This document shows, one piece after another, positions 7,883 to 15,788 of a stretch of DNA of 50,882 nt. The position numbers were made by a program, and so were the translations under genes. This DNA is from Candidatus Geothermincola secundus (GTDB lineage Bacteria; Actinomycetota; Geothermincolia; Geothermincolales; Geothermincolaceae). Location of the stretch: the NCBI GenBank assembly GCA_015711755.1, contig JACVIY010000001.1, forward strand, positions 1 to 50,882, read 5' to 3'. The notes beneath the pieces were generated by a model. That model had not been told where the DNA came from, ran no database searches, and saw only the letters and a program-made list of their open reading frames with translations. Positions within the stretch are counted from its first letter, which is position 1, and every line of letters starts with the position of its first letter.

Positions 7883-7966
7883 ATTACGATATATAAAAAA
7901 GATATATCCGGAAAATCCGTGAAGCGGTAGCGAGAGCATGATAGCACGAGGGGGAAGGCCGGTAAA

Positions 7967-8605
7967 GTGATCGAATTGGCCATTCTGGGAGCCCTGAAGG
8001 AAAGGCCCATGCACGGATACGAGCTGAAAAAGCGCCTTTCCGGCACCCTGGGACATTTCTGGTCGCTCAGCTTCGGCTCGCTCTACCCCGCCCTCAAGCG
8101 CCTGGAGTCGGCCAGGGCCATCGAGAAGGCCTACGCCGTCAAGGAGAAGACCCGCAACCGCTACGTCTACCGCATAACCCCGGAGGGTGAGGAGCTCTTC
8201 AGCCGCCTTCTCTGCGAGCCGGGCTCCCGCGCGGACATCACCGACCCCGACCGCTTCAATCTGCGCATGGCCTTTTTCCGCTACATGGAGCCGGAGACCC
8301 GCCTGTGGCTGTTGGAGCGGAGGCGCGCTTATCTGCAGGAGAAGCTGGACGAGATGAAGCGCTCCGGCTGGACGGGCAGGGAAAAAGAGACCGATAAATA
8401 CCGGCTGGGGCTGACCCGCCACCGCATAGAGATAACCGAGTCGGATATCAGCTGGCTGACCGATCTCATCGAAGGGGAGAGGGGGCTGTTGGTTAGAAAA
8501 GGCAGGAAAAGCGGAGCGAGCCGAAAGGAGGGGGGGAAGGAGGAGGACGCTCTGGGACTGATGATGGACGGGCAGGAGGGAAAGATGATCCCCTCCAAGG
8601 CCTGA
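7967..8605 (+). CDS. PadR family transcriptional regulator.
   Basis: This is a 212-aa ORF. The N-terminal winged-helix signature is ILGALKERPMHGYELKKRLSGTLGHFWSLSFGSLYPALKRLE. The start is GTG. Confidence 0.85.
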   Translation: MIELAILGALKERPMHGYELKKRLSGTLGHFWSLSFGSLYPALKRLESARAIEKAYAVKEKTRNRYVYRITPEGEELFSRLLCEPGSRADITDPDRFNLRMAFFRYMEPETRLWLLERRRAYLQEKLDEMKRSGWTGREKETDKYRLGLTRHRIEITESDISWLTDLIEGERGLLVRKGRKSGASRKEGGKEEDALGLMMDGQEGKMIPSKA

Positions 8606-8720
8606 TCCCACCGGAAGAAGGACGCAACGCTGAAAGCGCGGATATAGAGGGAGTTGTCCGGAGCCGCCGCGGCGCGCGGCGGATGCGGACAAGCGCCGAT
8701 AGACGGTAGGGAGGTAAGAG

Positions 8721-9893
8721 ATGGGAAAGGTTAGAGTGGCCATAGTGGGAGTGGGCAACTGCGCCTGCTCGCTGGTGCAGGGCAGGGAATATTATCGGGA
8801 CGCCGAGGACGGCGAGCTGGTGCCCGGGCTCATGCACGTGAAGGTGGGCGACTACCACGTCGGCGACATCGAGTTCGCATGCGCCTTCGACGTGGATGCA
8901 TGCAAAGTGGGGAAGGACGTCTCCGAGGCCATATTCTGCGGCCACAACAACACCATCGACTTTCTCGGCAAGAAAGGGCGAAAGGTGCCCCACCTCGGCG
9001 CTCCGGTTTACCGCGGGCATACCCTGGACGGGTTGGGGAGGTATTACCGTGAGGAGATAACGGAATCCGCAGCCGCTCCGGTTGATGTGGCGGAGATGCT
9101 GCGCCGCCATCAGGTGGACGTGCTCATCAACTACCTGCCGGTGGGCAGCGAGAAGGCCACTCGCTTCTACATCGAGGAAGCGCTTAGGGCGGGATGCGGG
9201 GTGGTCAACTGCATCCCCGTTTTCATCGCCAAAGACAAAGCGTGGCAGGAGAGGTTCCGCAAGCGCGGCCTTCCCATCATCGGCGATGATATAAAGTCCC
9301 AGGTGGGGGCGACCATAGTCCACCGCGTGCTGGCCAAGCTGTTCAACGACCGCGGGGTGCAGCTCGAGCGCACCTCCCAGCTGAACGTGGGCGGCAACAT
9401 GGATTTCATGAACATGCTGGAACGGGAGAGGCTGGAATCCAAGAAGATATCAAAGACCGACTCGGTCAGATCCCAGTTAAACCACGACATCAACAACCGC
9501 GACATCTACATAGGCCCCAGCGACTATGTCCCTTGGCTGGATGACCGCAAGTGGGCTTACATCCGTCTGGAGGGCACGGAGTTCGGTGACGTGCCCATCA
9601 ATATCGAGTTCAAGCTGGAGGTGTGGGACTCGCCGAATTCCGCCGGTATAGTCATAGACGCGGTGCGCTGCTGTAAGCTGGCCATGGACCGCGGCCTCAG
9701 CGGGGCCCTTGTCTTCCCCTCGGCATACTTCATGAAGTCGCCCCCTTATCAGTTCGATGACAGCCTGGCGCGTGACCGGGTCGAGGACTTCATCGCGGGG
9801 CTTCCCGAGGGCCTTCTCACTTCCGCCGATATTGGGAACGGGAAGCTTCGGGAAGAGGGGAAAGAACTGGTGGAATCCCCCCTGGCCGAATAA
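8721..9893 (+). CDS. ino1: Inositol-3-phosphate synthase (myo-inositol-1-phosphate synthase, bacterial/archaeal short type).
   Basis: This is a 390-aa [24 protein letters not shown] is a Rossmann N-terminus, and the conserved core includes ...NYLPVGSE...[16 protein letters not shown]...NVGGNMDF...[10 protein letters not shown]. The RBS GGGAGG lies upstream. Confidence 0.85.
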   Translation: MGKVRVAIVGVGNCACSLVQGREYYRDAEDGELVPGLMHVKVGDYHVGDIEFACAFDVDACKVGKDVSEAIFCGHNNTIDFLGKKGRKVPHLGAPVYRGHTLDGLGRYYREEITESAAAPVDVAEMLRRHQVDVLINYLPVGSEKATRFYIEEALRAGCGVVNCIPVFIAKDKAWQERFRKRGLPIIGDDIKSQVGATIVHRVLAKLFNDRGVQLERTSQLNVGGNMDFMNMLERERLESKKISKTDSVRSQLNHDINNRDIYIGPSDYVPWLDDRKWAYIRLEGTEFGDVPINIEFKLEVWDSPNSAGIVIDAVRCCKLAMDRGLSGALVFPSAYFMKSPPYQFDDSLARDRVEDFIAGLPEGLLTSADIGNGKLREEGKELVESPLAE

Positions 9894-9923
9894 AGGCAGA
9901 GGGTTGGGGGTGACGAGCTCTAT

Positions 9924-10253
9924 ATGAACCCGCGCGGAGTGATGGGGTTTGGAGCGTCGATGAGCATGGCAAGCGCGAACGGCTCGCATTACTCCCGCTT
10001 GGGAGACCCCGTCTGGGTGCGTTGTTATTCCGGTCACCGCCATGCGGAGAGGCCCCTCTCCTTCGTCCATCACGAACGGGAGTACCGGGTGATCGACTTG
10101 GAGAGCTCCTGGTTCGAGGAGGATGCGGAAGGCGGCGCCCTGACGCGCAAGGCCTGCTTTCGCGTGAGGGCGGATGACGGAAACCTCTACGTGCTCAGCC
10201 GCCGCGAGATGGACGACGCCTGGACGCTTGAGCGAGCGCTCTATCTCGCCTGA
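9924..10253 (+). CDS. Hypothetical small protein.
   Basis: This is a 109-aa ORF in an otherwise empty gap with no recognisable motif. The composition is less Arg/Pro/Gly-skewed than shadow ORFs. Confidence 0.35.
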   Translation: MNPRGVMGFGASMSMASANGSHYSRLGDPVWVRCYSGHRHAERPLSFVHHEREYRVIDLESSWFEEDAEGGALTRKACFRVRADDGNLYVLSRREMDDAWTLERALYLA

Positions 10254-10353
10254 GGGACGGAGAGATCAATGCCGAGCGGCGCGCGTCAGAGCCGCGTCTG
10301 TTCCATGACGTAGCCCAGACGGATGTAAGTCATCCTTTGGAGGATGAGAGGAC

Positions 10354-10815
10354 ATGGAGCGGACCATAGAGGGAGTCAGGATAAAGGGCCTCATCCGCCA
10401 CTGCGACGAGAGGGGCTTCTTCCTGGAGATTCTGCGCGATGATGACGGCTTGCTGAGCCGCTTCGGGCAGACCTCTTACACGCTCTCCTACCCGGGGGTC
10501 ATCAAGGCATTTCACTGGCACAGGCATCAGGATGACCTTTGGTTCGTGGCTCACGGCGACGCTTTGGTGGTGCTCTACGACCGCAGGGAGGGTTCCCCCA
10601 CGCGGGGCGCTTTGCTGGAGCTGGTGATGGGCGAGCAGAACCCCTCGCTCCTTCTTATCCCCGCGGGCGTTGCCCACGGCTACAAGGTCTTGGGAGAGCG
10701 ACCACTCGGCCTTTTCTACCATACCACCCGTTCCTACGACCGCGATGAACCCGATGAGATGCGCATACCCTATGATGACCCCGATATAGGATACGACTGG
10801 GCGAAACGGAGCTGA
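10354..10815 (+). CDS. dTDP-4-dehydrorhamnose 3,5-epimerase-like cupin (RmlC family).
   Basis: This is a 153-aa ORF. It shows DERGFFLEILR...IKAFHWHRHQDDLWFVAHGDALVVLYD...LLIPAGVAHGYKVLG. The RBS GGAGGATGAGAGG lies upstream. Confidence 0.75.
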   Translation: MERTIEGVRIKGLIRHCDERGFFLEILRDDDGLLSRFGQTSYTLSYPGVIKAFHWHRHQDDLWFVAHGDALVVLYDRREGSPTRGALLELVMGEQNPSLLLIPAGVAHGYKVLGERPLGLFYHTTRSYDRDEPDEMRIPYDDPDIGYDWAKRS

Positions 10816-10985
10816 CAAGTCGGCGAGATCGGCTCCTTGCGTCTCACTTCTTCCCATATCGGTGACGAAGACCGTAAAAATCCGGCCAGCGTCTTGTAAT
10901 GATCTGTGATATCGGCGTCAAACACGCTTGAAATGGATCCGCCGAGGACCGGCAGGGTCCCCGGCGGAGCATCCTCAGGGATTGA

Positions 10986-11249
10986 CTACTTCTTCGCGGC
11001 GGGCTTCTTGGCCGCAGGCTTCGCGGCGGGCTTCGCGGCGGGCTTCTTGGCCGCAGGCTTCGCGGCGGGCTTCGCGGCGGGCTTCTTGGCCGCGGGCTTC
11101 TTCGCGGCGGGCTTCTTGGCCGCAGGCTTCGCGGCGGGCTTCTTGGCCGCGGGCTTCTTCGCGGCGGGCTTCTTCGCCGCCGGCTTCGTTGCGGCGGGCT
11201 TCTTGGCCGCCGGCTTCTTCGCCGCGGGCTTTTTCGCTGTAGCCATCAC
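10986..11249 (-). CDS. Histone H1-like / HU-tail-like lysine-alanine-proline repeat protein made entirely of AAKKP/AAKP repeats.
   Basis: This is an 87-aa ORF: M(M)ATAKKPAAKKPAAKKPAATKPAAKK...PAAKK. The RBS AAGGAGAGG lies 4-7 nt upstream of GTG-ATG at 11249/11246. An AT-rich island at 11358-11398 lies further upstream. The DNA is a 12/15-nt tandem repeat array with a 39-nt higher-order unit. Confidence 0.75.
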   Translation of the reverse strand: MMATAKKPAAKKPAAKKPAATKPAAKKPAAKKPAAKKPAAKPAAKKPAAKKPAAKKPAAKPAAKPAAKKPAAKPAAKPAAKKPAAKK

Positions 11250-12071
11250 GCCTCTCCTTTCTCGCTACGGCTTTTACGATCAATATTTTCTACGATGCCG
11301 GCCTTTTCCCTTTTCCCCCGAGAACGGTTGCCGAGAACCCCATACCGTCTCCCGCTGTTAAATTAAACAAGTTATATAAAATAATATAAATAAAGACCCC
11401 GTGGCCAGGCGAAGAAAGCGTCTTTTGCAGTGGGGCGGCATCGTTGGGAGCAATAGCCCTTGCCAGCCGCGTAAGCAAGAACGCAGCTTCGACCGTCGAG
11501 GTGATGGCGGACGGGCCGACAGGGGTGATAACCGCCTCGCTGTCCTCGAGACGATACCTCCGGGGTTCTTGCGGGGCTGTTGCGCACGATGGCGGGTGTC
11601 GTTCGGGGCTCTCCCTGCGCTTTATCAGTCGATACCCTGCCTCTCCGTACTCTACTTGCAGTGAAAGAGTGCCCGGGAGCGGCTCACTGCCCCGCTCTCA
11701 TGGAGAAGCCCCGGCCCGACGCGGGCGCCGGGGTCCTTACTCACCTCGAAGCGAGAGCTCGCCTCGGTCAGGATGTTTTCCGTCGCCGGGGTAAGATGCA
11801 AGGGCCGATGGGAACGCCGCTCCTGTGAAGACGGCGGCTGCCGAAAAAAAGGAAAAGGGTATCGGACCGTGAGTGGCTCATAGGGCCTGCTGCACGGAAA
11901 AGGCGGTTCGGTATATAATCTATGCGGGAATGGCGTTCGAGAGAATGCGAGTTTTAGGGTTTGCGGCCGACCACTTCATAGTCGACCTCCGTCTTAAGTC
12001 GCAGAAGCATGGAGCTCGCAGAACTTGTTGCCATTTCCAGCAGGACGCGACGGTCGGGAGGAGGTCGAGCG

Positions 12072-14708
12072 ATGAAGAAAACCTTGGAAGTGAGCGCGAG
12101 GTCATGGTCGGCGTTCTTTCTTTGCGCGCTGACGGCGCTGGCCGCCCTGGCGGCCGCTCCCCGCCACAAGGCCAAAGCGGCTGTCGACACCGGGCCCGTC
12201 CTGCTGGTCTCCAGGAACGCGAGCGGCGCGGAAGGCAATGCTCTTTCGCTATACCCCAGCATCAGCGGAGGCGGCAGGTACGTGGCCTTCGAGTCCGAGG
12301 CGGACAACCTTATCCCGGGCGCCAGCGGCCTTCATATCTACCGTAAGGACGTCGCCTCGGGCGAGATATCGCTCTGCTCCGCGTCCGGCGAGGGGGTGGA
12401 AGGCAACAGTAGCAGCTATTTGCCCAGCATCAGCGCGGACGGCACCTACGTGGCTTTCCAATCGTACTCGAGCAACCTCATTCCCGGCCATCCCACCACC
12501 CATCTGCAGGTGTTCCGCAAGGACCTGGTGACGGGAGAGGTGATGCTCTGCTCCGCCAGGTCGGACGGGGTGCAGGGCAACAGCAACAGCTTTAACCCTT
12601 CCATCAGCGCCGACGGGCGCTACGTGGCCTTCTCCTCCATCTCCGACAACCTCATACCTTCAGCGGCGATCTCCGGGCAGCAAATCTACCGCAAGGATCT
12701 GGCCACGGGCGAGATCGTGCTGGTCTCCTCTTCGCTACAGGGGACCAAAGGGGACGGGGTTTCATCCTTCCCGTCCATCAATTCGGACGGCAGATACATC
12801 GCGTTCGAATCAGAGGCGGACAACCTGGTCCCCGGCGTCTCCAGCGCTTTCTCCCAAGTCTACCGCAAGGATGTGGTTTCCGGGAAGATCATGCTGGCCT
12901 CCTCCTCATCGGCGGGATCGCAGGGAAACGGTGAAAGCGCCCATCCCGACATATCCGCCGACGGCCGCTTCGTGGCTTTCAAATCTGAATCGGGGAACCT
13001 TACGCCCGGCGTTTCCGTCGGGCGGCAGCACGCTTACCGGAAGGACTTGCAGAGTGGGGCGGTCAACCTGTGTTCCTCCACGGTTGCGGGGGCGCAGGGC
13101 AACGATCATAGCTGCATCAATGACGGCCCCTCCATCTCCGCTGACGGTGCGTATGTCTCATTCGAGACAAAGGCCACCAACCTGAGCTCTTTCATAGTGA
13201 GCGGGAAAAATGCCATCGTACGCAAACACGTCATCGACGGCGAAGTCAGTTGCTGCTCAGTCTCCGCGTCGGGGCAGGCGGCGAACGGCAGCAGTTTTTC
13301 TTGCGACATCAGCTCCGACGGCAGGTTCGTCGCCTTCGACTCCAGGGCCACCAACCTCATCGACGGAGAGACCACCTCCGACCAACAGATCTTCCGAAAA
13401 GAACTGCCCCACGAGACCTCTTTCTACTTCGCGGAGGGCTACACCGGCGCCGGTTTCCAGGAGTACCTGTGCCTGGGCAACCCGGGAGGCGCGGATATAG
13501 ACGTATCCTATTCCTACATCTTCCCGGACGGCCCCGTGCAATACGGCACCCTGAGGGTGCCGGCCGGTTCCCGCGTCACCGTGGACGTGAACTCCACGGT
13601 GGGGGCGGGGCGCGAGGTCTCCATCGCCGTTTCCTCCGCTGACCCCTTCTCGGCCGAGCGCCCCATGTACTTCGACTACGGATCGGGGTGGACGGGCGGC
13701 CACGACGCGCTGGGTGCCCCCCGAACCAACACTTCCTTCTACTTCGCGGAGGGCTACACCGGCCCCGGCTTCGAGCAGTGGGTCTGCGTGCTCAATCCCG
13801 GCGGCGCCGATGCCTCCCTGGATTTCCGCTTCCAGACCCAGGAGGAAGGCGAGGTCCTCAAGACCGGCTACACGGTGCCGGCCAATTCCCGCCGCACCTT
13901 CAAGGTCAACGAGGTGCTGGGCGCGGGTTACCAGAACTCTCTGCAGCTGTCTTCCGACCAGCCCATCGTGGCGGAACGCCCCATCTACTTCGAATACGGT
14001 GGCACCGCCGGATATGACTGGACCGGCGGCCACTGCGTGATGGGCACCGACTATCTCAAGCGCGAGTACTACTTCGCCGAGGGCTATACCGGGCCCGGCT
14101 TCGAGGAGTGGCTGACCCTGCAGAACCCCAACCCCCTGGCCGTCCTGGTCACCGCCGTCTATCAGTTCGGCGACGGAGCCACCCCCCTGAAGATCGACTA
14201 CAGCATCCCCGCGGGCACCCGCAAGACCGTGTTCGTCCCCGACGAAGTGGGGTTGAACCGGGACGTGTCGGTCAAGCTCATCTGCGACTCCCCCTTCCTG
14301 GCGGAGCGGCCCATGTATTTCCGCTACTCGGGAACGGGCGGGTATGGCTGGACCGGCGGCCACTGCGTCATCGGCGCCTCCTTCCGCCGCAAAGACCTCT
14401 TCTTCGCGGAAGGGTACACGGGGCCGGGCTTCGAGGAGTGGCTGTGCATCCAGAACCCCGGCGCCGCCACCGCGCACCTGCGCATAACCTACTACACCCA
14501 AGAGGAGGGAAAGCTGGAGGAGCGCTACGTGGACGTCGCCTCCGCCTCGCGCATGACCCTGAACGTCAACGCCCACGCTGGGCCGGGATACCAGCTCTCC
14601 AGCCGCGTGGAGGTCACCTCGGGTTCGTGGATAATCGTGGAACGGCCGATGTATTTCAACTACAACGGATGGACCGGCGGCCACGACGTGGTGGGCTACG
14701 GCCTCTGA
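12072..14708 (+). CDS. Secreted protein: signal peptide, seven PD40-like beta-propeller blades, and a 4x AEGYTGPGF-module cassette.
   Basis: The start ATG 12072 (MKKTLEVSARSWSAFFLCALTALAALAAAPRHKA) is preceded by GGGAGGAGG. There are seven repeats of GN..S..PSIS.DGR[YF]VAF.S.A.NL.P......YRKD...GE. Four modules then each begin [FY]FAEGYTG.GF. Confidence 0.85.
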   Translation: MKKTLEVSARSWSAFFLCALTALAALAAAPRHKAKAAVDTGPVLLVSRNASGAEGNALSLYPSISGGGRYVAFESEADNLIPGASGLHIYRKDVASGEISLCSASGEGVEGNSSSYLPSISADGTYVAFQSYSSNLIPGHPTTHLQVFRKDLVTGEVMLCSARSDGVQGNSNSFNPSISADGRYVAFSSISDNLIPSAAISGQQIYRKDLATGEIVLVSSSLQGTKGDGVSSFPSINSDGRYIAFESEADNLVPGVSSAFSQVYRKDVVSGKIMLASSSSAGSQGNGESAHPDISADGRFVAFKSESGNLTPGVSVGRQHAYRKDLQSGAVNLCSSTVAGAQGNDHSCINDGPSISADGAYVSFETKATNLSSFIVSGKNAIVRKHVIDGEVSCCSVSASGQAANGSSFSCDISSDGRFVAFDSRATNLIDGETTSDQQIFRKELPHETSFYFAEGYTGAGFQEYLCLGNPGGADIDVSYSYIFPDGPVQYGTLRVPAGSRVTVDVNSTVGAGREVSIAVSSADPFSAERPMYFDYGSGWTGGHDALGAPRTNTSFYFAEGYTGPGFEQWVCVLNPGGADASLDFRFQTQEEGEVLKTGYTVPANSRRTFKVNEVLGAGYQNSLQLSSDQPIVAERPIYFEYGGTAGYDWTGGHCVMGTDYLKREYYFAEGYTGPGFEEWLTLQNPNPLAVLVTAVYQFGDGATPLKIDYSIPAGTRKTVFVPDEVGLNRDVSVKLICDSPFLAERPMYFRYSGTGGYGWTGGHCVIGASFRRKDLFFAEGYTGPGFEEWLCIQNPGAATAHLRITYYTQEEGKLEERYVDVASASRMTLNVNAHAGPGYQLSSRVEVTSGSWIIVERPMYFNYNGWTGGHDVVGYGL
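12198..13415 (+). other. Seven tandem PD40 (TolB-like WD40-like) propeller blades within the CDS.
   Basis: The seven blade cores are PSISGGGRYVAFESEADNLIPG, PSISADGTYVAFQSYSSNLIPG, PSISADGRYVAFSSISDNLIPS, PSINSDGRYIAFESEADNLVPG, PDISADGRFVAFKSESGNLTPG, PSISADGAYVSFETKATNLSS and CDISSDGRFVAFDSRATNLIDG. The period is about 47-52 aa. Confidence 0.75.
13416..14705 (+). repeat. Four-copy cassette of the ~105-aa AEGYTGPGF module, with units starting near 13416, 13731, 14064 and 14394.
   Basis: The units begin TSFYFAEGYTGAGFQEYLCLGNPGG, TSFYFAEGYTGPGFEQWVCVLNPGG, EYYFAEGYTGPGFEEWLTLQNPNP and DLFFAEGYTGPGFEEWLCIQNPGA. Each ends ...AERPMYF.Y....GGH...G. Confidence 0.9.
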
Positions 14709-14750
14709 ACGGTGTCGACCCCACACATTCCGCATCCCCATTAAGCGGCC

Positions 14751-14861
14751 ATGGAAGCGGCTCCCATTTGGGGAGCAGGCGATAAAGGGTTAACGCGAAC
14801 TCCCGCTTGCCGCAGGCAGGAAAATGGAAGCGGCTCCCATTTGGGGAGCAGGCGATAAAGG
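14751..14861. repeat. Two exact 38-bp direct repeats (14751-14788 and 14824-14861) separated by 35 bp, each carrying a GCTCCC-ATTTG-GGGAGC hairpin.
   Basis: ATGGAAGCGGCTCCCATTTGGGGAGCAGGCGATAAAGG occurs twice. The repeats lie in the convergent gap between the 12072-14708 gene (+) and uppS (-). Confidence 0.9.
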
Positions 14862-14881
14862 CCGGGGTTTTCAGGTAATCG

Positions 14882-15598
14882 CTAAGGGCCGGGCCTTATA
14901 GCTCCGAACCTCCGCTCGCGCCGGGCGTAATCGCGCAGGGCCTCCTCCAGGTGGGGGGCCCGGAAATCGGGCCAGAGCGCGTCGCAGAAGAAGAACTCCG
15001 CGTAGGCGCAGTGCCAGAGCATGAAATTGGAGAGACGCCTCTCCCCGCCGGTACGGATGAGCAGGTCTATGTCGGGCAGCTCCGGACGGTAGAAGCGGCT
15101 GCGCAGGGCGGCCTCGTCCAGATCGTCCTCGCGCAGCTTCCCGGATGCCATGTCCTCCGCGGCCCGCAGGGCCGCCTCGAATATCTCGCGCCTTCCGCCG
15201 TAGTTGAACGCTATGGTCAGGGTGAGCGCGGCGTTGCCGGCGGTGGCTTCCGCCGCCAGGTCGAACCAGGCGAGCACGTCGTCGGGTAGCCCTTCCCTCA
15301 GGCCCAGATGCAGCAGGCGCACTCCCAGGGAGTTGAACTCCTCCAACCGCCTCTGCAGCACGTCGCGGCTCATGTTCACCAGGAAATCCACTTCCTCGGG
15401 GGGGCGCCCCCAGTTCTCGGTGGAGAAGGCGAAGAGGGTCAGCCAGGGAATCCTCCGGCGCACGCACTCGCGCACCGTTTCCATGATGGAGGCCTCTCCG
15501 GCCCGGTGGCCTTCCACGCGGGGCAGCCCGCGGGCCTCGGCCCAGCGGCCGTTACCGTCCATGATTATCCCTATATGGCCGGGGACGTTCTCGTCCAA
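14882..15598 (-). CDS. uppS: Isoprenyl transferase / undecaprenyl-diphosphate synthase.
   Basis: This is a 238-aa ORF. It shows HIGIIMDGNGRWA, ...FAFSTENW.RP..EV..L and ...RTGGE.RLSNF.LW, the classical cis-prenyltransferase motifs. Confidence 0.9.
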   Translation of the reverse strand: MDENVPGHIGIIMDGNGRWAEARGLPRVEGHRAGEASIMETVRECVRRRIPWLTLFAFSTENWGRPPEEVDFLVNMSRDVLQRRLEEFNSLGVRLLHLGLREGLPDDVLAWFDLAAEATAGNAALTLTIAFNYGGRREIFEAALRAAEDMASGKLREDDLDEAALRSRFYRPELPDIDLLIRTGGERRLSNFMLWHCAYAEFFFCDALWPDFRAPHLEEALRDYARRERRFGAIRPGP

Positions 15599-15788
15599 AG
15601 CAACCCCACCTTCAAGCCGTGAGCAGCCTCTCCTGCCGACTGACAGAATGATAGCACAGCCCTGCAGCCAATGCTTTTCCCGGTGAAGCTCCCTTTAAGG
15701 GAAGGGCTTGGGGGCGGCCGAGGCGGGCTGCGGACGGTGGCGCTGCCGTTTATAATCGTCGTAAGACGGTCGGAGGAAGGGGGTATCC

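Noticed and set aside
7676-8758. A 360-aa minus-strand ORF covers the padR region and the AT-rich promoter island.
   Set aside because: It runs through an obvious promoter/operator region and antisense to a clear PadR gene. The composition is shadow-like.
10906-11361. A 151-aa plus-strand ORF encodes AAGFLAAGFAAGF... repeats.
   Set aside because: It is the reverse-complement reading of the AAKKP repeat gene. It has no RBS and a GTG start in a poor context. The minus-strand reading has an RBS and resembles known Lys/Ala/Pro DNA-binding tails.
11840-11910. The segment GGAAAAGGGTATCGGACCGTGAGTGGCTCATAGGGCCTGCTGCACGG loosely resembles the RNase P RNA P4/GGAAAGUCCGGGCUCCAUAGGGCAGGG region.
   Set aside because: The universally conserved GGAAAGUCCGG and ACAGAACCCGGCUUA-type elements are absent. 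A full-length RNase P RNA would also run into the signal-peptide coding region at 12072.
13257-14741. A 494-aa minus-strand ORF lies antisense to the cassette region of the 12072-14708 gene.
   Set aside because: It is a shadow ORF of a high-GC gene. The composition is extreme in Gly/Arg/Val/His/Ala, there are no motifs and no RBS, and the sense strand has a strongly supported repeat-domain protein.
14751-14861. This could be read as a CRISPR array.
   Set aside because: There are only two repeats and one spacer. No cas genes are present in 50 kb. It lies in a convergent terminator-type gap. It is retained as a repeat and as a finding, but it is not called CRISPR.
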